Source: Squalus acanthias
Lineage: Eukaryota
Reading direction: 5' to 3'
Assembly: GCA_030390025.1 (NCBI GenBank)
Contig: CM059433.1
Coordinates: 10,480,001-10,544,000 of the forward strand
Length of the DNA stretch: 64,000 bases
The notes beneath the pieces were generated by a model, which worked only from the letters and a program-made list of their open reading frames with translations, made no database searches and was not told the DNA's origin. The translations under genes and the position numbers were made by a program. Each line of letters begins with the position of its first letter. The stretch's first letter is position 1. This document shows, piece by piece, positions 24,880-37,029 of the stretch.

Positions 24880-26146
24880 AAAAAACTCTCTTCCAACTGC
24901 ACTTTTGAAATCCCAACTGTCCAGCCTTTGGCCCTCCATTCACCATGACATTTCTGGAGTTACCGATCTGCTCAACCACACGCTCACCACCATCTTTGAT
25001 GCCCTAGTCCCTACTAAAACAATTACTCTCTCTCACCCTGGCCGCTCCCCCTGGTACGGCTCTCATCTTCACTCCCTGAAGTCCAAGGGACGCTGACTTG
25101 AACGGATATGGCGGACAACTGGTCTAGCCAGATCTGGCTGGACCACATAAAGCACTATTGGGTCCTGATCTCGTCTGCCGAAATTGCTCACTAATCCAGA
25201 ATCATTCTGGAATGCAAAAATAAACCTCGTCTTCTATTCTCCACTGCTAACCATCTTCCTAAACCCCTCTCCCCGTCTCCTCCACCCTCACCTCCGACAA
25301 CAAGTGTAAGGAGCTCATGGACTTCTTTGTCTCTAAGATTGAGACCATCTGATCAGCTGCCTCTGCCACTTCCCTTCCTTCCTCTAGCCCACTGGGCCAA
25401 ACTTCCTCTAAGGTTCCCCCCTGCCCTAGCCCTGAACTCACATCTTTCTCCAGTTTCTCTCCGATCTCCCCTCATGACCTCGCCACGCTCATCTTGTCCA
25501 TGAGACCCACTTCCTGCTCCCTCGACCCTATTCCCACCAAACTGCTGACCACCCAACTTCCTTTTCTGGCTCCCATGTTAGTTGACATTGTTAACAGTTC
25601 TCTCTCCTCAGGTACTGTCCCCCTCTCCCTCAAATCTGCCATCATCACCCCTCTCCTCAAAAAACGAAGCCTTGACCCCTCCATCCTTGCAAACTACCGC
25701 GCCATCTCCAACCTCGCTGACCTACATTGGCTCACTGTCCAGCAAGGCCTCGATTTTAAAATCCTCATCCTTGTTTTCAAATCCCTCCATGGCCTCGCCC
25801 CTCCCTATCTCTGTAATCTTCTCCAGCCCCACAACCCCCTGAGATATCTGCGCTCCTCTAATTCTGCCCTCTTGAGGATCCCTGATTATAATCGCTCAAC
25901 CATTGGTGGCCGTGCCTTCTGTTGCCTAGGCCCTAAGCTCTTGAATTCCCTCCCTGAACCTCTCCGCCTCTCTACCTCTCTGTCCTCCATAAAGATGCTC
26001 CTTAAAACCTACCTCTTTGACCAAGCTTTTGGTCACCTGCCCTAATTTCTCCTTATGTGGATCGGTGTCAAATTTTTTGTCTTATAATACTCCTGTGCAG
26101 CGCCTTGGGATGTTTTACTATGTTAAAGGCGCTATATAAATACAAG
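24880..26146 (+). mobile_element. L2 LINE with an internal deletion
   Basis: PTSCSLDPIPTKLL...NYRAISNL is fused directly to ADLHWL near 25713, so the RT core is missing. L2 tail present. Confidence 0.88.
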
Positions 26147-26805
26147 CAGGTGACCAAAAGCTTGTTCAATGAGGTAGGTTTTAAGGAGCGGCTTAAAGGA
26201 GGAAAGAGAGGCAGTGAGGTGGACAGGTTTAGGCGAAGCCATGGAGGGATTTGAAAACAAGGATGAGAATTTTGAAATCGAGGCGTTGCTTAACCGGGAG
26301 CCAATGTAGGTCAGCGAGCACAGGGGGTGATGGGTGAACGGGACTTGGGGCGAGTTAGGACACGGGCAGCCGAGTTTTGGTTCACCTCAAGAATGTGGGA
26401 GGCCAGCCAGGAGTGTGTTGGAATAGTCAAGCCTAGAGATAACAAAGGCATGGATGAGGGTTTCAGCAGCGGATGAGGTGAGGCAAGGGCAGAGACGGGC
26501 GGTGTTACGGAGGTGGAAATAGGCGGTCTTTGTTATGCTGCGGATATGTGGTCGGAAGCTCATATCAGGGTTAAATATGACACCAAGGTTGTAAACAGTG
26601 TGGTTCAGCCTCAGACAGATGTTAAGGAGAGGGATGGAGTTGGTGGCTAGGGAACGGAGTTTGTGGCGGGGACCGAAAACAATGGCTTTGGTCTTCCCAA
26701 TATGTAATTGGAGAATATTTCTGCTCATCCAGAACTGTATGTCGGACAAGCAGTCTGACAATTTAGAGACCGTGGAAGGGTCGAGCGAAGTGGTGGTGAG
26801 GTAGA
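26146..26805 (-). mobile_element. L2 LINE fragment, inverted relative to its neighbour
   Basis: ORF 26387-26902 (CLSDIQFWMSRN...LIHAFVISRLDYSN); contains internal deletions. Confidence 0.85.
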
Positions 26806-26811
26806 GCAAAA

Positions 26812-27186
26812 AGTCCAGGCCGCTGCTCCAGTGCAGTGCTGAGGGAGTGCTGCATTTTTGGAGGTGCTGTCTTTCAGATGAGATGTTAAACCGAGGTCCC
26901 AACTGCTTTCTCAGGTGGACGTAAAAGATCCCATGGCATTATTCGAAGAACAGCAGGGGAGTTCTCCCTGGTGTCCTGGCCAATATTTATCCCTTAACCA
27001 ACACCACTAAAACAGATGATCTGGTCATTATCACATTGCATTTTGTGGGCCCTTGCTGTGCGCAAATTGGCATTTGCCCACATTACAACAGTACCTCCAC
27101 TTCAAAAGTACTTCATCGGCTGTAGAACGCTTTTGGGACGTCCTGAGCTCATGAAAGGTGCTGTATAAATGCAAGACTTTTCTTTA
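26812..27186 (+). mobile_element. SacSINE1-like SINE, 5'-truncated
   Basis: Central domain and tail match the other copies. Confidence 0.85.
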
Positions 27187-27197
27187 AATCGTAACAT

Positions 27198-28160
27198 TCA
27201 TAGAATCATAGAAATTTACAGCACAGAAGGAGGCCATTCGGCCCATCGTGTCCGTGCCGGCCGACAAAGAGCTCTCCAGCCTAATCCCACTTTCCAGCTC
27301 TTGGTCCGTAGCCCTGTAGGTTACGGCACTTCAAGTGCACATCCAAGTACTTTTTAAATGTGCTGAGGGTCTCTGCCTCTACCACCCTTTCAGGCAGTGA
27401 GTTCCAGACCCCCACCACCCTCTGGGTGAAAACATTTCTCCTCAAATCCCCTCTCAACCTCCGACCAATTACTTTAAATCTATGCCCCTGGTTATTGACC
27501 CTTCTGCTAAGGGAAATAGGTCCTTCCTATCCACTCTATCTAGGCCCCTCATAATTTTATACATTTCAATTAGGTCTCCCCTCAGCCTCCTCTGTTCCAA
27601 AGAAAACAACCCCAGCCGATCCAATCTTTCCTCATAGCTAAAATTCCCCAGCCTAGGCAACATCCCCGTAAATCTCCTCTGCACCCCCTCTAGTGCAATC
27701 ACATCCTTCCTGTAATGTGGTGACCAGAATTGCACGCAGTACTCTAGCTGCGGCCTAACTAGTGTTTTATACAGTTCAAGCATAACCTCCCCTGCTCTTA
27801 TATTCTATGCCTCAGCTAATAAAGGCAAGTATCCCGTATGCCTTCTTAACCACCTTATCCACCTGTCCTGCTACCTTCAGCGATCTGTGGACCTGCACTC
27901 CAAGGTCCCTCTGATCCTCTGCACTTCTCAGTGTCCTACCATTTATTGTGTATTCTCTGGCCTAGTTATCCCTCCCCAAATGCATTACCTCACACTTCTC
28001 TGGATTGATTTCCATTTGCCGCTGTTCTGCCCACCAGACCAGTCCATTGATATCTTCCTGCAGTCTACAGCTTTCTTCTTCATTATCAACCACACGGCCA
28101 ATTGTTGTATCATCTGCAAACTTCTTAATCATACTTCCTACATTCAAGTCCAAATCTTCA
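27198..28160 (-). mobile_element. CR1 3' fragment
   Basis: ORFs 27469-27783 and 27962-28183 ([16 protein letters not shown]). Confidence 0.9.
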
Positions 28161-28228
28161 GTCTTGCAGCAATACAACCACACTTATGCTACTGAAGAAT
28201 GGATGCTTAGACGAGGGGGGCTGCCAAA

Positions 28229-28371
28229 CAATGTCCTCGTAAGCCGCACTGCCTCCTGTGCGACCTGCCTCCCCCAGTGTCAACCCATTCAGATTTTTGC
28301 GCCTGCGCGGTATCTACGATGCAAAAGCTGGTGAGCGGCCTGCGCGGTCACGCAGCTCAGCGGGAACATTG
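28229..28371. mobile_element. small hAT-like MITE
   Basis: Imperfect TIRs CAATGTCCTCGTAAGC / GCTCAGCGGGAACATTG; flanks CTGCCAAA / CTGCCAGC resemble an 8-bp TSD. A related right end occurs at about 56610-56649. Confidence 0.55.
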
Positions 28372-28395
28372 CTGCCAGCACCACATCCAAGACCG

Positions 28396-28870
28396 CACCA
28401 GACTGATACCTGGGATGGCAGGAATGACGTATGAAGAGAGATTGGGTCGATTAGGCTTATATTCGCTAGAGTTTCGAAGAATGAGAGGGGATCTCATTGA
28501 AACTTATAAAATTCTAACAGGACTAGACAGACTAGATACAGGAAGGATGTTCCCGATGGCGGGGGAGTCCAGAACCAGGGGTCACAGTCTAAGGATAAGG
28601 GGTAAGCCATTTAGGACTGAGATGAGGAGGAATTTCTTCACCCAGAGAGTGGTGAACCTGTGGAATTCTCTACCACAGAAGGCAGTAGAGGCCAATTCAT
28701 TATATAGATTCAAGAAGGAGATCGATATATTTCCTAAGGCTAAAGGGATCAAGGGATATGGGGAGAAAGCAGGGACAGGGTACTGAGTTTGGATGATCAG
28801 CCATGATCTCATTAAATGGCGGAGCAGGCTCGAGGGGCCGAATGGCCTACTCCTGCTCCTATCTTCTTAG
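28396..28870 (+). mobile_element. CR1 3' fragment
   Basis: TRLIPGMAGMTYEERL...; highly similar to 21141-21620. Confidence 0.92.
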
Positions 28871-29659
28871 CTTCAATAGTGGGAGGGTGAAAATTGGGCG
28901 GTCGGGGGTGTGGGGGGTGGTGATAAAATACAGAAAAATTATGAAACTCCAGCCATGTGTGACTTTTATTGAAAGGAGGAATGGAGCGCAGTTGGGAACA
29001 TTTGCTTGTTTTTGTTGCATGAGTGTATCCTTAATTGTGCTGAGGTCCCCTCAATTACATTAGTATAAACAGTCATCAACCAGAATTAGAATTCATGTAT
29101 TCTGACAGGGATGGTTAAGTGATGGATTAACCGCAATGGGTTTCCTTGTATGAAAGCACGTATTACAGAAACAGAGTCGTAAAGATCAATTTTCAGACAT
29201 CTAAACACTGAATGCTGAAAACCTGAGATGATAGATATAATATTCACTGGAAAAAATTAAAAATACTACATTTAAATCCATAAATCCTTCACAGCTCTGC
29301 CATAAATCACTGGAAATCTGTACCCCCCACCCATAAGAATATATAATCAACACCTCTGAATATCATCAATAAATAAATAAACCAGGAACTGAGAACAAAT
29401 CTATATATTTTTTGCAACTCTGAAGAGAGCAACTTACTGTTCTTATTCAATAATTACCATGTGAATTGAAAAAAAACCCACAGAAGGAATCACTGAGGTG
29501 CGATAATAAAATAAAAAGCGTAAGTGCTGGAAATGAACAGCAGGTTTGCCAATATCTGCAGGGAGAAAAGACAGGATAATGTTTTCATCAGAACTCAGAA
29601 GAGATATTACCTGCAATCAGACAGGCGCTGAAATTCTTGGGACTTCCTGAGTCCCCAAG

Positions 29660-29915
29660 TTTGGCAGCCGTGCCTTCAGCTGCCTTGGCCCTAAGCTCTG
29701 GAATTCCCTGCCTCAACCTCTCTGCCTCGCTACCTCTCTCTCTCCTCCTTTAAGATGCTCCTTAAAACCTAGCTCTTTGACCAAGCTTTTGGTCACCTGC
29801 CCTAATGTCCCCTTCTTTGGCTGGGTGTCAATTTTTGTCTGATTACGCTCCTGTGAAGCGTCTTGGGAAGTTTTACTGTGTTAAAAGCGTTATATAAAGG
29901 CAAGTTGTTGTTGTT
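29660..29915 (+). mobile_element. L2 3' end
   Basis: CCTAAGCTCTGGAATTCCC...TTTGACCAAGCTTTTGGTCACC and a (TTG)n tail. Confidence 0.85.
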
Positions 29916-30512
29916 GAAATTCCTTGGGGATCCACCGCTCTCCTGCCATAACTCCGGTGGGAGACAGGCAGAAACCCCAGTTGGGCTGGGTCTCTTCCAT
30001 TTCAAGCGTTTCCTGGTTGCCTCATGAGGGGCGGAATCTCCGTCCGGGGTGGGGACTCCAAGCGTCGGGAATTCCCACTCCTCAGGTTCAGTCGAGACCC
30101 AGCGTCTGTGTGGTGATTAGAGGCCTGTCAGTCTCCACAAGGGTGGATGTGGGCCCCAATGGTAGAGCCTGGACCACTAGAAGAAGAAGATTATTTCTAA
30201 AAAAAACTTTCTGGATAGGTCAGCCCCCGTACATAGTGAGCCCAGAGGGACCCAGGCAATTCGCCCCTCCTCCAAAGGACAGCTGGGTGCCAGAACTTCT
30301 AACTGCTCTGTACACCCAAAGTGCTGCTTGCACCCGCCGGTCCCATGTAAGTGAGGCGCCCTCTCGCTGACCCTGGAAGCTCTGGCTGGGTCTACGCTGG
30401 AGGGCCCTAGTGGGCCTAGTGGAACCGCAGAGATCGCAACCAAAGGAATTTTGGGGGCCGCAATGACAGCAATTATTCAGGTGCAATTACCTTGTTAAAG
30501 CTGCAGTTTGCT

Positions 30513-31292
30513 CTCTTTCAGATGAGACGTTAAACCGAGGCCCCGTCTACTCTCTCAAGTGGGCGTAAAAGATCCCATGGCACTATTTCGAAGAAGAGCA
30601 GGGGGAGTTCTCCCCGGTGTCCTGGGGCCAATATTTATCCCTCAATCAACATAACAAAAACAGATTATTTGGTCATTATCACATTGCTGTTTGTGAGACC
30701 TTGCTGTGCGCAAATTGGCTGCCGCGTTTCCCACATTACAACAGTGACTCCACTTCAAAAAGTACTTAATTGGCTGTAAAGCGCTTTGAGACATCCGGTG
30801 GCCGTGAAGGGCGCTATATAAATGCAAGTCTTTCTTTCTTTTGAAATGCCAGTTTGCCATTAGAACAACTGTTGCCTCTGAGTCAGGAAGGTCATGAGTT
30901 CAAGCCGTGAGTTCAGAAAGTCATCAGTCCAGTCCTTGAGAATGTAATCTAGGCCGACACTTCAGTGCAGTACTGAGGGCTGTGATGTTAAATCGAGGGC
31001 CCTGTCTGCCTGTTCAAGCGGATGTAGAAGAAACCAGGGCGTTACTTGAGGGAAAGCGAGGGAATTCCTCCAGTGTTTTGGCCAACGTTTTCCCTCAACC
31101 AACACCACCAAAACAGATTAACCGGTCATTTATCACATTGCCGTTTGTGGGACCTTGATGTGTGCAAATTATCTGTCATGTTTCCCCACACAAACACCGG
31201 TGACAACAGGTCAAAAATAATTAATTGGCCACAAAGCACTTTGGGACGTCCTGAGGACATAAAAGGCACTATATAGATGCAGGTCCTTTCCT
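30513..31292 (+). mobile_element. two tandem SacSINE1-like SINEs (30513-30842 and an older copy at 30870-31292)
   Basis: Both match the central domain and tail of the other copies. Confidence 0.8.
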
Positions 31293-31520
31293 ATTTCTGA
31301 GCTGCACAAACTGCAACTAAAATTGTCACATTGAGTCGAACGCTAAGTAATCAGTAATACTGTATTGAACTTCTTGTCTTGATTTCTTGGAACTATGAAC
31401 AGTATTTTCGTGTTTATTTTTTCAGGCCTGCAGAGGAAAATGAATTCTGCATTATTAAAAAAAAATGTCTGCAATATGAAATTTAACTAGTCAGCAATCC
31501 TTCAAGCATTGCATTAGGAA

Positions 31521-31614
31521 TAGAAACAGAAAGTGCTGAAAATGCTCAGCAGGTCAGGCAGCATCTGTGGAGAGAGACACAGGGTCAACGTTTCAGGTCG
31601 ATGACCTTTCATCA
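31521..31614 (-). mobile_element. Penelope-type terminal fragment with a truncated hammerhead motif
   Basis: The reverse complement TGATGAAAGGTCATCGACCTGAAACGTT matches 45134-45161. A shorter remnant lies at about 29510-29595. Confidence 0.65.
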
Positions 31615-31897
31615 TCTCTTGTATTAGGAATAGCTTGTGCTTTTGAGTACAGTCTGTAAAATATTAGTTTGATCATTTTAAGAGGGAGCCTTTAAACAAC
31701 CAGCATCTGTTCAGTGACTTTTACTAGTACAATAATCTACAGAGAAGGCATGAAGAGGAGACCATACGTTTGACCAGCCACTTAGTTGTGTGAGGTCATA
31801 CCACAGATACTGGATTTTTCAACTGTAAAGTCGTTTTGTGGTTTCTTTGGAAATTGCATCTCAGGGTTGATGTGAGATTAGAACACAAACAATTATT

Positions 31898-32637
31898 GGC
31901 CCAGAAATTGATCTCGCTCTGTTCCCGCGGGGGTAAGGCTTCCCCGCGATCTCTCACCTCGCTTGTGCTTTTTCAGATCCAGCTCGCACGAACTTGATGT
32001 TCCAGACATCAGCTGGGCAGTGCTTGCGTATCCCACCGGCGTAGTGAATTCGTGCGAGCTGTGGGATCACGTGACTCAGTTAGAGCCAATGGCAGCACAC
32101 CATCTTCCATTCATAAGTTTCACATAAGTGCTGTGAAATCTATCAATCTTACACCCCCCAAAATAACAGCTAAACCTCAATTAAATTTTTTTTAAAAACC
32201 ATCACATTAATAAAATAAGTATAGTTAATTAAATTAACCATTTTAAATAAAAAATTAAATTTTTGAAAAAATTTAAAATCTTTTAAAAAGTTATAAAAAT
32301 AAACTTACCTGTCTTTAAAGTCTCTAAAAAAGATATACCTGTTAAAAAAAATTCAAAAAAATACTTAATTCACTACTTACCTTCTTAAAAGTGGGTCTTA
32401 CTCCTTTTTACATTTCTAAAATCTTCAGTACTTACCTGCGCGTCCAAAGCATGAAGTGCACAGCGTGCGCGCAGCCTGTAGCGCGCACGCGATGCACCGA
32501 GGAACCGCCCCCTTTTCAAAACAGCAATTGCCGGTTTTCAGCGCATGCGCAGGGCATGCAGAAAACCGGCAATTGGAGTGGGAATACGCGAGAGTACGCA
32601 GTGCGTACTCTCGCGTCGCGGGATCAATTTCTGGGCC
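31898..32637. mobile_element. Harbinger-type MITE with an AT-rich core and subterminal hairpins
   Basis: Perfect 16-bp TIR GGCCCAGAAATTGATC; 3-bp TSD ATT at 31895-31897 and 32638-32640. Confidence 0.92.
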
Positions 32638-33081
32638 ATTATATTTTTACTAAGCGGTTCCCTACATTGAATATCATCAGGAGAGGAGGGAGCCAAGGGG
32701 AAAACCTGGGTTCTTGTGATCCTATTAATATGGGTTGGTAATTGGGTGGGAGGTAGGATACAGAGAGTAGAGATAAATGGTTCGTTCTTTGATTGGCGGG
32801 ATGTGACAACTGGTCTTCCCCAGGGATCTACACTGGGGCCTCAGTTTTTATATTAATGACTTGAATGAAGGAATAGAAGGCTATGTATCCAAGTTTGCAG
32901 ATGATACTAAGTTGGGAGGCACAGTAAGTTGTGTGGATGGGAGCAGGACGTTACAAAGGAACATAGACAGATTAAGTGAGTAAAGATAAACTATAGATTT
33001 CAATGTGGGGAAGTGTGAGGCTATATCCACTTTGGATCTGAGAAAGACAAATCGGAATATTTTCTTAATGATAAGAGACTA

Positions 33082-35749
33082 GGGGCTCGATTTTGCCAGG
33101 CCCGAGGAGGCGGGATTGGAGGCGTGAGGTGGTAAAATCGCCAAAAAATGCCGGGCGGACCCGATCCCGCCTCCATCCCGCCTCCGAGCAATTTTCCCAA
33201 ATGCGTGTTTTCTGACCCCATTTCCATCCCGCCTCCAAGAGGCGGGATAGGCCCTTAAGGCCCTTAACAACCAGCTAATTGCCTCTATAATCCCACTTTG
33301 AGAGGCCTTTCTGATTTTACCACTTTTCCCACGTCCTGCACGTCTCCTCTGGAACACGCCAGTTAATCCTGGCGGCCTCACAAGTGGACTGCTTACTAAC
33401 AGCTGCAGCTCCATCATTAAAAAGGAGTTTTCGGCAATCATCATTTGTAGGTGGCAGAACTTTGTTGTCTCAGGACTGGGGGAACTTTTAGCAGGCATAC
33501 CCATTGCTGTGGAAGTTTGGAGCCTGACACCCATCGCCAGTGTGACCTCCTGGGAAACCCCTCTCGCCACCTTGACTGAGCGCTTCCTCAACTGAGGCAT
33601 ATACCAGAAGCATGGGAACCATTTATTTCCTTTCCTCCTGGACATCAGATTCGGACAAAGCCCAGCCGTGGCAGCAGCAGAACCATGAACAACAGCAGCA
33701 CCAACAGCAGCAGCAACAACAGGAGCGCCAAGCTGCTGCTCACCCACCTGAAGCTGCACAGGCCAGAAGGCGCCAGCGCGCGACCACATTGCGGACCGGG
33801 ATGTAAGGGATGCACTCATGTTGGCCAGATTTGCTGAGCCTGCACAATCAAATAATTTTGCCTCGCACCTTCTTATCAGACCATCGACAATGGCCAAGAA
33901 CCTGCGGATTCCTATCACTCTGACCACCATAGTGACAATTGCAAGTCGCCCTAAGCCCTCAATGTGGAAGTCCCATGAGCGAAATGACACATGCCACAAC
34001 TGCAACAGTTTGCCATCAGAATTTTTTATGACAACAAGCAACTGATGGCTTTTCAAAATTAAACACAACATTACACCCAAGTGACTACGGTAGCCAGCCT
34101 TACCATGGAGGTAGCCATCCTTTCCAAGGAGGTTGCCATCCTTTCCGTGGTGATGCGTTCATGCACCAACGCCTCTACAAAGGCTCTGCTCATGTTAGCG
34201 ATGGACTCCTCCATTCGCTCCACACTCGCAGTGACCCTGGAGACAAAACCTGCCAGAGACTCCTGCACCTGTTCCTGGAATTCCAGCACCGCTCTCCTTC
34301 TGGATGGACCTGGAGGCACAGGGTCGACATGCAGTGGAGCCAAGCTGGGAGCGTCCTCTCCACTGCGACGAGGACTCTCCACTGCTGTCCCTGTCTCCAC
34401 CATCTGCTGATGCTCACTTGTGAGCTGTGATACACCAGGTGACAACTCTACTCTATGTCCCGAAGGTTTCACCGAGGTGTAAGTGTCTGCGCTGGTGCTG
34501 GGTGCGCTTAATTCTGCTGACGGAACGCCCTCAGAGGTTGCAGCTTCCTCTGAGGAGGCTGGAAGCTCAGGCTCTTCCTCCTGGACAGTGGGGACGGGGG
34601 CTCTCGATGGTCCTGTGGGGGAGTAAAGGAAAGAGTTAGAGATGTGAGGTAAAGGTTGCATGCACATTGAATTGTGCAGATGATCATAAGTCAATCTGTT
34701 AGCACATCAGAATCATTATCAGTCACTCATGCAATGTCAATGAGAGAGATGCCAAACTATTCTGTCACCAGCTTGCTGTGATGCGCCCGTCTGTCTGTCC
34801 CCCACTTGGGAATCCTCCTCGATCCCGGCAATTTCCAGGGCCGCCTCCTCCGAGGTGGTGAGCTGGGCTACTGAGGGTGGCCCTCCTCCTGTCCTCGCTC
34901 TTTCCCTCTTATTGTGGGCTCTCTTTTCCTGCAATGAGGGACACAAGTGGAGTTTGAGTGAGAATGAAGGAGTGAGTGTAGAGAATCCATAGCATAGATG
35001 CTTAGAAGTGTGTTGTAAGTTGTTGTTATTGCGTCACAGTGATAGGGAGTGTGAGGGCTGCATGGTAGAATAGTTAAGTGAATGTGACCATAGAGAGAGA
35101 GGGAATGGGTAAGGGTGCAGGGATGTCAGTGTCAAGTGGGATGTGGAGGAAGAGGTTGGCAAAGCAGAGTGCTGGTGAGGAGAGGCGCTGGGGATGAGAT
35201 TGAGGGTGATGAGAAAGTCATACTCACTTTTCCTGTGCGGAGAAGGTCACGAAACCTCTTCCTGCACTGCAGCCAGGTTCTGCGGCACATAGAGATGGCA
35301 TTGACCTCCTGGGCCACTTGCAGCCACACAGCTTTAGTCTGTTGTGGTGGCTTTTTTCTCCCTGAGGAAGGGAAGAGCACCTCCTTATTAGATCTTGCTC
35401 CCTGCACCAGAGCTTGGAGGGAGGGCTCATCAAAGCGAGGTGCACACTTTTGCTTGCTGGTGGACATGGTCGGTAAATGAAGTCCTTCATACAATGTCCA
35501 AAGCGTTTCCAGTCTCCAGAAGAAGCAAGGCTGCTTGCAGGCCTTAAATCCAGCAGCACTGATGACGTAATCGGAGGCGACTTTCAGGATGGAAAAACTA
35601 ATTGGGCCAGGGGTTCCCACACGCTGGAAATCAAGTGCCCAATTAGGGGAAAATCGCACTTTTTTCCCACTTCACATCGGAGTCGGGGTCCTGACACGAA
35701 AACCACCTGACACGCCCCCAGCCCGACCCCAATGGCAAAATCGAGCCCC
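33082..35749. mobile_element. internally deleted Harbinger transposon
   Basis: Perfect 17-bp TIR GGGGCTCGATTTTGCCA. The transposase N- and C-termini are fused near 33778, and a Myb/SANT gene lies on the minus strand. Colinear with 37843-42300. Confidence 0.92.
34071..35467 (-). CDS. Harbinger Myb/SANT-like DNA-binding protein, 3 exons (35467-35228, 34928-34769, 34612-34071), C-terminus shortened by deletion
   Basis: MSTSKQKCAPRFDEPSLQAL...WLQVAQEV...RTWLQCRKRFRDLLRTGK|GTGAGT; ...TTGCAG|EKRAHNKRERARTGGGPP...AG|GTGACA; ...CCACAG|PSRAPVP. Splice phases keep the frame open. Confidence 0.8.
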
Positions 35750-35751
35750 TT

Positions 35752-36405
35752 GTCCGAGAAATTCATTTCGGGCGGTGGTGCAAAGCGGGCAGTATCGGAT
35801 CGGCTGCCCGTTATACACAGCGGCTGATATTCAGCTCCATTGACTGCAATAGACTGAATATCAGGGGGGATTGTCCTATGAGGAGAGATTGAGTAGACTA
35901 GGCCTATATTCTCTAGAGTTTAGAAGAATGAGAGGTGATCTCATTGAAACATACAAAATTATTACAGGGCTGGACAGGGTAGATGCAGGGAGGATGTTTC
36001 CCCTGGTTGGGGAGTCTAGAACCAGGGGTCACAGTCTCAGAATAAGGGGTCGGCCATTTAGGACTGAGATGAGGAGAAATTTCTTCACTCAGAGGGTGGT
36101 GAATCCTTGGCATTCTCTACCCCAGAGGGCTGTGGAGGCTCAGTCGTTGAGTATATTCAAGACAGAGATCGATAGAATTTTGAATATTGAGGGAATCAAG
36201 GGATATGGGGATAGTGCGGGAAAGTGGAGATGAGGTAGAAGATCAGCCATGATCATATTGAATGGCAGAGCAGGCTCGAAGGGCCAAATGGCCGACTCCT
36301 GCTCCTATTTCTTATGTTCTTATGTAATATCAGACGCTGTGTATAACGGGCGGACGATCCGATACCGCCCGTTTTGCGCCACTGCCCAAGACGAATTTCT
36401 AGGCC
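35752..36405. mobile_element. fold-back (palindromic) MITE with a CR1 inserted near its centre
   Basis: Arms 35752-35833 and 36326-36405 are imperfect reverse complements. Confidence 0.85.
35865..36325 (+). mobile_element. CR1 3' fragment with an 8-bp TSD
   Basis: AATATCAG at 35857-35864 and 36326-36333; ORF 35871-36233. Confidence 0.92.
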
Positions 36406-37029
36406 ACAGAGCTGTGGATCAGCAAAGGGATTTTGGTGTCACTAAAAGCTAGCGCACAGGTACAAAAAAACAATTAAAAAGGCGAATGGAGAGCCTTGGG
36501 CAGACCTCACCTGGAGTATTGTGTTCAGTTCTGGGCACCAAACCTCAGGAAAAATAAATTGGACTTGGAAGGGGGTACAGAGCAGATTCACCAGAATGAT
36601 ACCGGGGCTTAAAGGGTTAAACTCTGAGGACAGGTTGCAGAAATGTGGCTTGTATTCCCTTGAGTTTAGAAGATTGAGGGGTGATCTGATCGAGGTGTTT
36701 AAAATGATTAAATGGTTCAATAGGATAGATACAAATAAATTGTTTCCTCTGGTGGGGGAGTCCAGAACAAGGGGGCACAATCTTAAAATTAGAGCCAGGC
36801 TGTTCAGGAGTGAAATCAGGAAGCACTTTTTCACACAAAGGATAATGGAAATCTGGAACTCGCTCCCCCAAATAGGCTGTGGTCCCGGGACAATTGAAAT
36901 TTTCAAGACTGAGGTCAATAGATTTTTGTTAGGTAGGGTATCAAGGGATTTGGAGCAAAGGTGTGTAAATGGAGTTGAGGTACAGCCCCGCCATGATCTA
37001 CTTGAATGGTAAAACATCCCATTAATAAT

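Larger units (their letters stand above)
32690..37010 (+). mobile_element. older CR1 split into 32690-33081 and 36406-37010 by nested insertions
   Basis: The RT sequence stops at ...AATGATAAGAGACTA and resumes with GAGCTGTGGATCAGCAAAGGGA in CR1 order. Confidence 0.75.

Noticed and set aside
33079..34080. 333-aa minus-strand ORF
   Set aside because: It runs antisense across the Harbinger left end and the fused transposase remnant, and crosses a deletion junction. It is not open in the second copy and has no recognisable domain.
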